Assembly: GCF_009914755.1 (NCBI RefSeq)
Contig: NC_060928.1
Length of the DNA stretch: 64,000 nucleotides
DNA from: the human T2T-CHM13v2.0 reference genome, Homo sapiens
Direction: 5' to 3' (one strand)
Of the stretch, positions 1 through 14,012 are shown piece by piece. The notes under the pieces were generated by a model that was not told where the DNA came from, made no database searches, and worked only from the letters and a program-made list of their open reading frames with translations. Position 1 is the first letter of the stretch, and each line of letters opens with the position of its first letter. The position numbers and the translations under genes are program-made.

Positions 1-1074
1 ACAAAATTTATTTCTATAGAGGATAAAGTTTCTAGCGTAAACACAACACACGATTTTTTTAGGCAGTGGGAATGCTATTGTTTTCTCTGAATTCATAGGC
101 AAGTTATAATAACCTCCTCTTTTCAATTCTATGAAGTTTTAGAGTTTTGTTTCAGGAACTTAAAACTTCTTTTCAGATTTTTGGTGAACCTTTTACTTTC
201 TCTCTTCAGATACCTGGTATCTTTATGTATTTTCAAAAGGGAAGCTGAAGATGTACTGAATTTAATGTTTAAATAAAGAAAATGTCTTACTATTCTAAAT
301 CTTGTGTTCTAGCAGGATAAACACTTTAAAGAAATGCAATGGAACTCTTTCAACAGAATTTCCGGGTCCAAAAGGTAGGTGGTGATTATTTTGGGGAGAG
401 GTTTCTTGCAACCTGAAATTATGCCAGGTAAAGCCTACCCCCAATTTCTTAAGGGCTGTCCTGTGGTTATTGCCTGTCAGACAGCTGACAAATAAACTGG
501 CTTAAAAGAAAAAACCTAAAATAAAATATGTCAAAAAGCTAAAATATAACATAAACACATAAAATGTAAAACTAACACAAAGCACAAGTTTATAAGTAGC
601 TTTTGGACAAAGCCTGCATTTCTTTGCCACATGAAATAGAACATGAAAGCAGGATAATTCCTGCTTAAACAAAGATCGAGTTTCCTTTAGATCTCTGTGA
701 CAAAATCTCACCCACTGTCACTTCCACAAGCAACACCGTTTTCTGCGGAACTGAGGAGATGCCTCCATCTGAGCAACAATGTCTACCTTCTGACCTTCCG
801 CACTTGAACCTCCCTGGCGCCATGTCTCCCTGAGCTGTCAACAGCACAGCACACTCCCAGTCACCCACCAAAAATGCAAAAATCTCTTTTAAAGAAAAAT
901 AGGAAGGCACAAGCTCACTGTGAGCTGGTAAACTTTAGATACATAGAATCCTTATCTGGTGACATAACTTGTAACCTGATTTGCTCGAACACCGAGAGCC
1001 ATGACCAGTCTACAAGGGCCTTTCAGGGAATGAGAAAAGGTTCTCTTTAGAGAGAAGCAATCCTCCAGCACCTT

Positions 1075-1530
1075 CTCCAATTCTGTGGGTTCTGCTCCAT
1101 GTGATAGCATCTGAAGCTGTGGTTGTCTGGGGTTCAACTGGGCTGAAATACGCGAAATGCTTCACTCATGTGATTGGCATTGGTGCTGGCCATCAGCTGT
1201 GAGCTCATCCAGGGCATCTAAGGGAGCATTTCCATTCGCTTCTACATGGCCTCTCCCTGCGTCTTGGACTTCTTACAGTATGGAGACAGGTTCCCAAGAC
1301 TGAGGATCTCAAGAGCAAGCATTCCAAGAGAAATGAAGTGGCTGTCACTTAAGGCTTAGGCTTAGGAGCTCCAAATGCCATCTCTGTCACATTCTATCCT
1401 AAAGCAGTCACAAGGCCAGCTTGGATTCTAGTGACGGGAAATCTGTTCTGTCTTTTGACAGGATGGGCAGGAAGCATATGCGGAGAGAGGTGGAATGTTG
1501 TGGACCGTCTCAGGAGACAAGCTACCACAC
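1075..1530 (-). mobile_element. MaLR LTR, MLT1 (G/H/I-like), diverged
   Basis: Reverse MLT1 motifs ggcctctccctg..ggacttcttacagtatgg..ggttcccaaga and cagtcacaaggccagcttggattc; boundaries approximate. Confidence 0.65.
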
Positions 1531-2859
1531 TGCACAGCTGACATTGGGCAGCCCTGCCCGAGCCCAGCGGCCTTGCTGATACCCATGTCCTCGGATGATC
1601 TGTTTTTGGTTTTGCTTTTGTTATTTTTGCTAGGTTCACAGTCAAATCAGGATAAGTCCGAACGGTCCCAAATCACCCGATCCTCAACCTCATTGTTCTG
1701 GCAGTCTAAAAAGTAATCATGGTCTACCTACTCACATTTAAATACACATTTTAAAAATAATTCTTTCCTTAAAGCCGATCTTTAAATCAATCATCCTTCT
1801 GCATTTTAGCTGTCTGGATGCCAGTCTTATCTTTCCCCTATGGTCTTCTCATTTCCCAGTCATTATAAATTAGTGTGTCAAAAATTCACGTTGATGTAGC
1901 ACAACATCATATCCATAATATAATTCATGCCTTCAATGAAAGAGTTTTGCTTCAAAGGTAGACGTCATTAGTAAGTGGTGAAATTTCACATGTGGTTAAA
2001 ACTTCTTTTTGCCGGTAAAAATAAAACACTCACAAGTAATACTTTAGAGCCATTTTTAACCTCTTATAAAATACAAAAAGTAAGGCAGAAAAGGAGGAAA
2101 CGATGTTTCCAATCTCTGTTTAATTTATTCCCACTGCGGGCAAATCACTTTTCCTTAGATTTACAAGTTTTCCTATAAATGTGTGACACTGCCTTTGAGT
2201 AATTGCTACCTAATAAATAGCTCTAGCTTCCTCCATGTTTTATTACTGAGAGACAAAACCTTCACCAAATAGACTCATTTCTAGTTGGGAGTCATCCTCA
2301 TGGTGTCTGTGAGGACTTTGCTGGGTGCCAGGTCAGAAATGAATGAGCTTTGGCAGAGACTCTGCAGGTGGCCTAATCTAGTCCGCACGATGCTCCAGGG
2401 AAAGACGAAACCCTCTTACAAAGCAACCGTCTGTTCCAGAAAGGGGGACTATCCCCCAGGGTGGCCATGCCAGACACCTAGTGGGCTCGGATGCTCAGAG
2501 AGTAATTGGATGTCAACTGCCTGTTTAAGCACCGTCTGCCTCTGACCACCAGATATGACAAGCTGTAATATATTATTCAAAAACTGTAGAGTTAAGAGGG
2601 TGATAAGTAGAGAAACAACTACAAAAGGAATATTCTTATAGACAGACCAAGTGCTAAGAAGAGTCACATGGGAAAAAAGACATGGTTGAAGTTAGAAGGT
2701 GTCCGTAGAAGTGTAATTAACACAGTCCTGCAATAATTTTTAACATCAGAAGTGGACTATATATGTTGTCATGTTCCTTGTCCTATAGAACGCTCATATA
2801 CTTCACTCTCTTTAAAGTAAGTCTGAATCTGTGTATTAATTTCATTTTTAAAGCATTTT

Positions 2860-2940
2860 CATATTTCCATGCAGCCCTGAGAAGACATGAGGACAGGAAT
2901 TACTACTCCCATTTTACAACGAAGAAAGCTAAAACCAAAA
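2860..2940 (-). mobile_element. MIR fragment
   Basis: attactactcccattttacaacgaagaaagct resembles the reverse MIR core. Confidence 0.5.
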
Positions 2941-3114
2941 GTCTTCTTAGATTCTGACCTCTAACATTAGCTTCTCCAAATATTCCCTTAAAGGACCAAG
3001 TCTAAGCAATTTCACAAGAAAATGAGTTTGCACAGATATTAAATTTGCTTTTTGACTGTTTTATTATATACTCAAAACAGAATGGAAAAAGACATCTTGA
3101 AACAAATTAAAATA

Positions 3115-3248
3115 CGGTCAGCCCTCCCTATGCATGGGTTTCTCATCCTTGGATAGAAACTCACAGACATGGAGGGTCAACTGTACTATTTTCCATCTGG
3201 CTTCAACCACCTGCAGATGGGGAGCCTGTGGACACAGAGAGCTGCCTG
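3115..3248. mobile_element. Tigger3/MER8-type non-autonomous TcMar element
   Basis: TA-flanked; left TIR cggtcagccctcc, internal inverted copy ggagggtcaactg, degenerate right TIR ending ctgcctg|TA. Confidence 0.65.
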
Positions 3249-4775
3249 TATATTTGCCTCATGTGGACACTGGGAACCAGACCTCCTCCCACGTTGAAAG
3301 GAAATTATTCCATTTAAGAAGAAAACAGTGTCTTTTAAAATAAATGTAACTATTGAAAAGCACAAGGTGTCATAATTACCAGTAACATCCTTTTATGAGA
3401 TAAAATGTCTTAACAGGCATCAAGAACGTAGATCAATGTCCAGCTCTCAGTGACTGCAATTATATTCAGTGACAAGATTAAGTGAAGTAACTAATCATTT
3501 ACTGTATTTAAAATGCTGGCATCACAATTCGGATAATGTATTTTTAAAGGGGGATAATGCACTTTTAAGTTCTAAATTAATATTTGCAAAGAACTTAAAG
3601 ACCCCTGTGATGTGCAAGTTGGATTTATACAAATGATCTGAAGGACAACGTCCACCCAGCCAAATGAGGGTAACCCTAGGGAAGGAAAGGGGTGCGAGAT
3701 CGTCCTACGATACAGGGCACCAAACTGATTACTTTTGCTTGATTTTCAGGCAATCTGAATATACCAGCAGGATCCAAACTGCTCTGAAATGTGGTCTCAC
3801 TGAAACAAATTGGTTTTGCCAGCAAGGTGGAAATGAATTCATCAAGTCTGTGTCACGAGCAGCCACACAGTGTGAAAACAGCCAACACTTCTCCTGTTGA
3901 CTGACATCACTTCGCGGATTTAACTTCTGTGCTTCCAAGCCCAACCTCTTATATCCTCTCTCCAGGCATTTTACATTTCACTTGCCACTCTCTACTCTCT
4001 AAAAGCAGAGAAGCAGCTTTGCGAGAAGTAGTAAAATTATGAGAATAAGCTGGAAGAAATGTTTTGGATAAAGAGCTGGTAACATTTAAGGCAAATTGCT
4101 CTGGTATAAATTCAGTCCTGTACTAGCACCATCTCATAGATCACAGAGTAGCCGGTCGGTGAAGTTGATGGGATATTGATTCCAGCAGGAAAATAAAGGG
4201 CTATAAAACAAAAGATGATTAACACGAAATCCTTGAGTAAAGCAAAGTCTTAATAGACTGGGAGCTGTTAAATCAAAGAGTGGGTGAGAGGACTGGGCTT
4301 TCAGATCACTTACAACTGAATTCTTTTCATTGTGTATTAAAATTCTCCTGTGTGTTTTTACTTTCCTGTATATTATCAATCCATATTCCTCCAGTGAAAA
4401 ACATATGAAATTGCATGTGGGGAAAAGGAACCAAATCCAGGACACATCATCAATCAGAAAGAAGGCAACTCACAAAGCAATGGCAATCAGGGCCTTAAAA
4501 ACCTATAAATACTGTCAGAAAATGAATATTTTTCTATTTCTTTCATTTCATTAAGTCCCACTAATGTTTCTCTACATACCACGTGCACCTCTCTTTTAAT
4601 AAATTCTGCTGCAATGCACGTTACAGGTTGATTTGTTGCTTAAAATATGCAGTACTCAATGCACAGATGTACTTCTAAAATATTCTTCTAGCAAGTTTCC
4701 AGAGCCAAGTAGTTTTTTGGTCAAAATTACTCTACAAAGGAAATGCACCCCTGATTCCCTCCACCCTCTATCAAC

Positions 4776-5437
4776 ACACACACACCACCACCACCACATC
4801 ACCAATACCACAAGCACACACATCACCACCACCACATCACCACTGCACTAGTACACACACCATCACCATCACATCACCACTGCACTAGTACACACACCAT
4901 CACCATCACATCACCACTGCACTAGTACACACACCATCACCACATCACCACTGCACTAGTACACACACCATCACCATCACATCACCACTGCACTAGCACA
5001 CACACACCATCACCACATCACCACTGCACTAGCACACACACCATCACCACCACCACATCACCACTGCACTAGCACACACACCACCACCACCACATCACCA
5101 CTGCACTAGCACACACACCACCACCACCACATCACCACTGCACTAGTACACACACCACCACCACCACATCACCACTGCACTAGTACACACACCATCACCA
5201 CCACATCACCACTGCACCAGTACACACACCATCACCACCACATCACCACTGCACCAGTACACACACCATCACCACCACATCACCACTGCACTAGTACACA
5301 CACCATCACCACCACATCACCACTGCACTAGTACACACACCATCACCACCACATCACCACTGCACCAGTACACACACCACCACCATCACATCACCACTGC
5401 ACTAGTACACACACCACCACCACCACATCACCACTGC
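4776..5437. repeat. CAC-rich minisatellite, ~37-bp unit, ~17 copies
   Basis: Unit cacacaccatcaccaccacatcaccactgcactagta; period 37 (gta at 4851 and 4888) with CAC/CA slippage. Confidence 0.95.
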
Positions 5438-6103
5438 CGCTAGCACTGCCACTACCTCAATCCCACTAAATATTATTACTCCGGAAGCTCCTTTACCCAG
5501 GAAATCAGGCATTCTTCAAGACTTCATGGTTTCATTACACAAGGAAAGAGGCAGCTTTTGTGAAACAGAGTCAGAACTATTAGGGAAGTAACTACAGAGC
5601 TTACTGTGTCCAGTCAGCCATGCAGAACTGAGAGTTAAAGGGACAGCATTATGAGTCCATGTGCCTGCGTTCCAGAGCAGAAACGCTCATCACAACTGAA
5701 AATTGCAAGTTCCTACTGATGGAAGGACTTTTTTCCATAAGACCTCAAAGGCCCTGCAGTACCCTCAGATAAAAATTAAACATTTGGAAATATTAAAACT
5801 AGGTTTGCATTGAGTCTTACCTTGGGGGAGCTTCAGCGGAACTATTGATAAAGACAAAATAATCCTTGCGATGACTCTAATCGTTACCATTCTACACAAA
5901 ATATCAATGACCGAAAACACCGTTTGACATGGGCAAGATTGTATGAAAAGACTAATTATACAAAGCAAGTCGATTCAACTATTTACTTTCCCAATGTTTC
6001 TCTTCTACCCATTTCACGGGAGTTTTCCCTTGACCTCTGTGGAATATCATGAAACGCCAAATCCAAGTTTCGTTCTTTGGACATACACCTCTCTAATTTA
6101 ATG

Positions 6104-6293
6104 CAGGGCTGCCCGACACAGCAAATAAAATCATAGACACCTCATTAAATTCTAATTTCAAAAAACAATGAAAAATACTTTAGTGTAAGTATGTCCCATG
6201 CAGTATTTAGTAAATACTTACAACTTTTAAAATTATGTGTTGTTTACCTGAAAATCAATTTATCTGATGTTTTGGGTTTTACCTGGTAACTTT
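6104..6293. mobile_element. MER53 palindromic hAT-type element
   Basis: cagggctgcc..gcaaataaaa..taagtatgtcccatgcagtattt..acctggtaac follows the MER53 palindrome. Confidence 0.85.
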
Positions 6294-6584
6294 AATTTTA
6301 CTCTCTGATGATTTACATTGTATTTTAGAACTTGCTCCATCATTAAAGAAAATAAAACAGCTGTCAGGGATAGAACAGCTGGAGAAATCACAATTTGTGA
6401 ATGAGAAAAAGTACATGAAGGCCCTTTACAGCCTTATATGTGTAATACCAGTAATTCCCAATGGGTCATGGCAAAAAAGAGGGAGGGGAGAATTAGAATC
6501 ATTGAGGAACGTTTACCTGAGACTAAAACCACTGCATTGTACAAATATTATGCAGGTCTTTCCCATTTTTATTTTCATCTTGGA

Positions 6585-6835
6585 GGGCGGTGGTTATAGG
6601 CACCAGCTTTGGAGTGAGACTGACCTGTTGAACCATGGCTCTGCCTCTTCCTAGCTGTTCGATCCTAGACCAGGCATTTAACCTCCCTAAGCCTCTACTT
6701 TTTCATATTTAAAATGAAAGCGGTGATACCCATCTCATGTGGTAAGAGAAAGCACTGATAGCGGTAGTCCTCTTTCTAAAGCACTGGAACATGACCCGGC
6801 TTAAGGTGAGCCCTCTCTAATTGAATGCTGTCATT
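6585..6835 (+). mobile_element. MIR
   Basis: gtggttataggcaccagctttggagtgagactgacctg..atttaacctccctaagcctc..aaagcact. Confidence 0.75.
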
Positions 6836-7328
6836 CTTGTCATGTTGTGCAAATGTTTTCACCATGCCTGTTAGCAACAGATAAAGTTCCCTGGCAATAA
6901 TCGTCACATAAAATGTTCCACCTACTTTATCTAGGAGTCAGCTGGGGTGCAAATGAGAAGGGCAAGCAGCCACTTGTAACTTGCAGAATATCAGGCTCTA
7001 CAGGAGCATTTATTCTGAAAAAAGTCAGGACTCCAGGGAAAGTCAAGCTCCATTCACAGCCGTTTCTCTCCTCATCTGTCCTCGTGCTGACTCTCTTTAG
7101 AATCTCTCTGGATGGAATTCCTTCCCAACTCCAATGGACAGAAGCAGTGAGTCCGTCCAGTCGGTAAGTCAAACAGTCCTTCGATGACTCCACTCCAGGG
7201 TGTGCTCTGTGTGATCAGAACAAGTGCTTCAGCCTAACACACCTACACATTCGAAAAGGTTTCACACAGCCTCGTTCTGCTCTTAGACGCCAACACTCCC
7301 CACACCCAATCTACCACAAAATAGAACA

Positions 7329-7847
7329 ACAGAATCAGCCAAACGCCCTCTCCACGGAGGCGAAGGACACAGGGTCAGCCAAACCCCCTCTCCACCGAGG
7401 AGAAGGACACAGGATCAGCCAAACCCCCTCTCCACCGAGGAGAAGGACACAGGATCAGCCAAACCCCCTCTCCAGCGAGGAGAAGGACACAGGATCAGCC
7501 AAACCCCCTCTCCAGCGAGGAGAAGGACACAGGATCAGCCAAACCCCCTCTCCAGCGAGGAGAAGGACACAGGATCAGCCAAACCCCCTCTCCAGCGAGG
7601 AGAAGGACACAGGATCAGCCAAACCCCCTCTCCACAGAGACAAAGGACACAGAATCAGCCAAACTCCCTCTCCACGGAGGCGAAGGACACAGAATCAGCC
7701 AAACTCCCTCTCCACGGAGGCGAAGGACACAGAATCAGCCAAACTCCCTCTCCACAGAGACAAAGGACACAGAATCAGCCACATCCCCTCTCCGTGGAGG
7801 CGAAGGACACAGAATCAGCCAAACTCCCTCTCCGTGGAGGCGAAGGA
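7329..7847. repeat. Minisatellite, 40-bp unit, 13 copies
   Basis: Unit acagaatcagccaaactccctctccacggaggcgaaggac; exact 40-bp period, two variant blocks. Confidence 0.97.
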
Positions 7848-8408
7848 GCTGCTGCAACTGACGGAGGGACCGTCCAATTGCTTGGAGGGTCCGTTCAGCC
7901 TGTGTGGGCCAAACCTCTCTAATCATTGACCCTGGAGGCTTATATTGCATTTTCAGGCATATTACCTTATTAGAGGAAACAGGACAGCTGCTTCCCTGAA
8001 AGAAATACGGGCAAAGCTCAATTTGTGAAGTGTGTTTCATTTCAAAGGCTGTAGCTTACAGGCAACATGGATTTTGCAGGACCAACTTGTAATGCAGTTT
8101 CAAACCCACCCAAAATCTGGAGTTTCTCTTGAAGATTTTTACCTTTCTAACATACTTAAGGAAGTGAAGAATTACTCATAATATTCTTTGCTACCTACAG
8201 TGCCGGCAGGTGCCAGCACTGTTAAAACTGCTGTAGGTGGCGGGTGCTTTGCCCCCTGTGCCCCAACACCACATGAATATTTTCCAGCTGATCACTTTTA
8301 AACTTTTAACAGACACCTAGAATTATGCCGCTGAAGAGCAAATAGATAAGTACACAACCTCTTGAGGTTTCTTACAGAAAGAAAAAATGTTTTCCTAGGA
8401 CTTAGTAG

Positions 8409-9229
8409 TGAAAACGCTTTTGCAAAAATTTTGACAATGAGAGGACTCTGACACAGAAACATTACGACGCAAAACAAATCTGACCTAATCGGGTCCATCT
8501 TGCCTCTAGCCTCCAAGCTGCCCTTGCTCATCCTCGAGTGTAAGCCACACTAACTATGGGATCGAGTCCATCTTGCCTCTAGCCTCCAAGCTGCCCTTGC
8601 TCATCCTTGAGTGTAAGCCATGCTAACTTTGGGAGGAATTTAGGTAATAGTTTAACTTTGAAACAAAGATGATAACAGCCTTCCCTGAAACAACCCCCTC
8701 CTTGCCTGGGGACCAGATGACCTTTGGAAAATTAACAAATTAGCCACAAGATTAGAAATTATGGCTCAGGAATCATGCAACCGGAGGCCACAAAATCACG
8801 GACCTCTCCAGTTGTTCCTGTGGATAACATTACTATTGTAACCCTAAGATTGGTGTTCAAGGTGTTTTCAGACGCTGAATTTTGATGGACCAGCTGGCAC
8901 CACGTAGAAGGGTAAACTGGCTCATCTGGTATTGTGGCCCCCACCCAGGAACCAACTCAGCACAAGAGGGCAGCTTCAACTCCCTGTCATTTCTTCTCCA
9001 ACCCAGCCAATCAGCACTCCCCATTCCCTAGCTCCCACCCCACCAAACCAGCTTTCAAAAATCCTAGCCTCTGAATTTTCAGGGAAGTTGATCTGAGTCA
9101 TAAGAAAGCTCCAGTCTCCCTTTTAGCTGGCTCTACGTGTATTAGACTCTTTCCCAGTTGCAATCCCCCAGTCTTGACAAATGGGCTCTATCTTGGCAGT
9201 GGGCAAAAAGAACCCCTTGGGTGGTTACA
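8409..9229 (+). mobile_element. ERV1 solo LTR, LTR8A/LTR8B-like
   Basis: TG..CA ends (tgaaaacgcttttgcaaaaatt ... gggtggttaca); 4-bp flanks gtag/gtgg; LTR8-type interior. Confidence 0.8.
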
Positions 9230-10424
9230 GTGGTCTGTTTGTTTCAAAGGCACTCTCATTTCCAAACTCACTAGCAGAGAACACCCACACATGGACAGAT
9301 GCACACCCTTTGTTTTCATGGCATTCCTAAGATGCTCTTTCAGAAACCATCCTTTCCCCTGGTGTTTATGCAGAGAAGGAGATGACTAGATGGTAGACAT
9401 ATTACACCTGCACCTTAGTGGTACCCATCCTTCCATCCTCCACATTCCCCTCCAGAGTGCTCCCTTCCTGGTCCTCTCACTAGTCCTATATTCAATACAG
9501 AAACAGGGAGAACTAAGGGTGATGGCAATTCTTGTCCTGTGAATTCTGCCCTCTAGCCCTCTGTCAATGTATCCAGCAGCAATGCTCAGAATGTCTAGGG
9601 GACTAATCTATCACCCCTTCAAGTGCACAGGTTAGGAGTTGGATAATAATACTTGTATCCCTTAAAAATTATCAATAATTTTGATTATCTTCAAAATTTA
9701 AGGTCAAGAATGCTAAGATCAGAAGGATCTCCCAGGCCCACCACTAGGCAGTGGTGCAGGGCTTTAAATAACATGATCAAGATCCTTGCTCATGAGGCAC
9801 AGGCACTCCATGTATAAAATGTCTGAATTTTAGATTTTCAAGGTGTGTAAACATGTTAAACCACATACAGGTATTTTTTGGTATGGTGCAATTGAGATTG
9901 TAAAATGCCTAATATTTGCTGATTACTTCTTTATATTTAGTGTATCATGCCTTTTAGATGAATGCTGAAATTTAAAAGAATACTTTTGACCAGAGATGGG
10001 CAGTGACGCATCTTAAGTAGCATAGAATATCCCTGAATTTAGAAACAAGTAGAGGTGGCTTGTAGCAAGGTCACGTTTTAAAAACAGTGAGGAGCAACAG
10101 TCCTTAACCTCTCTGATCAGAAATACAGGTCTTATGTGAAAAGAAAAAAGGAAAACAAAAGGTAAAATCTCCAGAAAGAAGGAAAACGCCGAGAGCATCT
10201 GGGACTACCTTGTTAACACAGCCTTGGGAATGCTGTGATGTACTTTATTGCAGGGATGGCACAGACATCGAATACATCTAACTATAATCACATAGCTACT
10301 GGCTCTTTAAGTTCATAGTGGGTAATATTAAAAAGAAAAAACACTCTTCCAAGGAGGTCATTGGCTACAAAGTAGATATTTTATATCCTCCTCAAAAATC
10401 AATTCTCCTTCAAAGCAAATTTGT

Positions 10425-10666
10425 CCACCCAACCCTCTGATCACGTAGTTGGCTCTCCTGGCAACCAGCCCCATTCTGAAGCTATCTAGGGACCCATCAA
10501 GGGTCCTTACTGTAAACTCAGGCACAGTTGTCAGTGGTTTATTATGAACAGCAAAAGATGGTCCTCCCACCCCGTCTCCCAGAAAATTACAAGGGCTGTG
10601 GGAACTCTGTGCAAAGAACCTGGGACAAAGGTCAAACACATATTTCTTAGGATGCCGCAGATCACA
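10425..10666 (-). mobile_element. MER21 LTR fragment (ERVL)
   Basis: ccaaccctctgatcac..ggcaaccagcccc..gaaaattacaagggc..atatttctt..atcaca. Confidence 0.75.
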
Positions 10667-10750
10667 CCACCGTTGAGCACTACGGCGACTCGAAGCAAGA
10701 AGCTTTCGTCTGAGCCTACTAGGAATGAACACACCTTGTCACGACATTGA

Positions 10751-11257
<507 letters not shown>

Positions 11258-11826
11258 TGATAGATCTAATCCGTCAGTCAGAAAGAGAGTTGTTGAATAC
11301 TGAACCCACCTTAAACACTAGCAGGGTGGACAACTGTGAGATTCATGTGTTCATTGCTCACATACTCTGAAGTGCCTACGCTGTGTCGCCTACTAGGTGG
11401 TGCGTTCTGAAGGGTGGCAACAAAGTCTCCCCTGCAGCCTGGCAATAGCTTGTAGATCCTATACCCAGCCCCAGCTGCAAGAAGCTGTTAAATCCTAGGC
11501 CCAGCCGCAGCTGCTGGAAGGTGTCTCACTGCATTTTTCAACATTTGGGCTGCGTCAGCCACCTCCAGCCACACACCCACCAGCACTCACATGTGCAGTC
11601 ACCTGGAAATCAGAAAAGTATTCTCACTCAGTCCCTGAAACAATTTAAAACTGCGTGACTTGTCTCCAGCGTCGGCCATAATCAAACGGCTAAGTTGGCA
11701 GCGTGGTTGTACTTTGTCATGTTTTCCCTTGTCCTCCAGCCTGACCCCCTCCTACCCCACATCACTCTTCCCAAGCTGACCACCAGGGGCCCTGCCAGGT
11801 GCAACTATGCCCCCACCTTTTAATAT

Positions 11827-11860
11827 TGTTTTTTGAGACAGGATCTCACTCTGTCGCTCG
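11827..11860 (-). mobile_element. Very short Alu 3' remnant
   Basis: ttttttgagacaggatctcactctgtcgc. Confidence 0.55.
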
Positions 11861-12110
11861 TGCTGACTTTACATTTTTTAAAACTCTTTCCCTTGCTCAT
11901 TTCCCTTCTTCCCTCCACTGCATCTGAAACCTGCCCAAGGTAACAGCTAGTTAATTTCAGATGAGATTGAGGAATTCTGCTTGACTTCTTCAGGTCGTAT
12001 ATTTGCATTTGCTGAATGCATTCTCAGCAAACAAGCCTTATGCAGTTTGCTTTAGGTGGTGCCTGTTCCAGCACACACAAGCCATGAGAAGTTCAGAAAG
12101 CAAGTGGGGT

Positions 12111-12350
12111 GGAGGCGGCATGGTCAGCAGTTAGGAGCACCAGCTCCAGAAGCAGGTGATTTGGGTTAGAATCTGCCCCACAGCTTACTAGTTTAGCAAT
12201 TTCCCCTCTCTGTGCTCAGTCTCTCATCTGCAATTGAGAGCCATAACACCTAACTCAGAGGATTGTTACAAATATTAGATGAACTGATACAGGTAAGAAG
12301 CTTAAAACAGTTCCTGCTAAGAACACAATCAATGTCACTTATTATGTTAC
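12111..12350 (+). mobile_element. MIR
   Basis: ttgggttagaatctg..ctctctgtgctcagtctctcatctgcaa..ggattgtt..aagcttaaaacagt. Confidence 0.8.
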
Positions 12351-12353
12351 TAT

Positions 12354-12532
12354 CAGTAAGACGGACGACATAATTTGCGAGGCCCAGTACAAAATGAAAA
12401 TGCAAGGCCCCTTGTTCAAACTTCGTTAAGAATTTCAAGACCAAAGCCACAAACCATTAAATCAGGTGCAGGGTCCTGCTAAGCATAGAGCACTTTTGAG
12501 CGCACGGCCACACATTCACAGCACCAATCCTG
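12354..12532 (-). mobile_element. MER45A (hAT)
   Basis: acataatttgcgaggcccagtacaaaatgaaaatgcaaggccccttgttcaaa..aagaatttcaagac matches reverse MER45A. Confidence 0.85.
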
Positions 12533-12561
12533 CCTCCCAGCTTTAGAACAAAAGCACCTTA

Positions 12562-13059
<498 letters not shown>

Positions 13060-14012
13060 CTATCTCTTGCACAGCTTTTTGATGGAAGATCAGGAACAAA
13101 AATCACTTCGCATATTTCACTAAAACTGCTCCTTCAGTGATGAAATCTTACAAGAAATCCATGTTGGTCATTCACCATAACCTCCTGCAAACAAAAGCTT
13201 TTACTACATAAAAGGAATGTTGGGACAAGAAAGTAGATTTGTAATAAGTTTGCATTGCATGTGAGATTAAAAGAAAAGATGGCTCTTTAGATTAATTTAT
13301 TGCTAAAGGCATAACCTTTACTGTTTAATGTTGTGTTTCAATTGCCTGTCAAACTGTCAGAAAATAGAGCCTGAGTCCACAGCTACATAAACCAGTTTTA
13401 CTTTCACCAGCAATTACAGTTTTTTAATCTTTTTTACCAGTTCATTTTCAACCTCTTTTTATTTTATCACTTGCAGTCAAATCTCAGCAATTTACTAATA
13501 CAAATGTGATCAAATGCCTTCCATTTATCTTAAAGATCTAAATTCTGATGAAATAAGACTATGTGATCAATACGAATAGCATCCTGTATCCAGTCCCAGA
13601 CCCTTGGTTGTAAATCATGATAGGACAGTGTCTTCCCAGAGGCTGAATCACCGGAACCAGTTCACATTGCTTAGTACCAGATCACAAAATCTTCATGAGT
13701 CATATTACTTTTTCCTTTTTTCTTCACTTCACATCTTAGTAAAAACACATTCATTTTCCAAACTCATCATTTCCAGCAGCATTCATTTCAACCATAATTT
13801 CCTGGACAATCTATTCATTCAGGTCCCTTTTTTGGAGTTTGTATTTGACTACGCTGCACTAAAGCCTGCCTTTTTTTAGAACTGTGCTCATCGGCTACAT
13901 AACCCCTGAGAAAAGGTTAATATATCCCCTTAAACATTCTTAAGTGCCAAATCTCTCCTATTCCATGAGCTTAAAACCATATCAGGTAATTTCAGATCAC
14001 TTGAACTATGGT

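Noticed and set aside
4815-5437. PRDM9 CCNCCNTNNCCNC motif in the CAC-rich array
   Set aside because: Only one-mismatch hits (acaccatcaccac), which are expected in any CCA-rich tract
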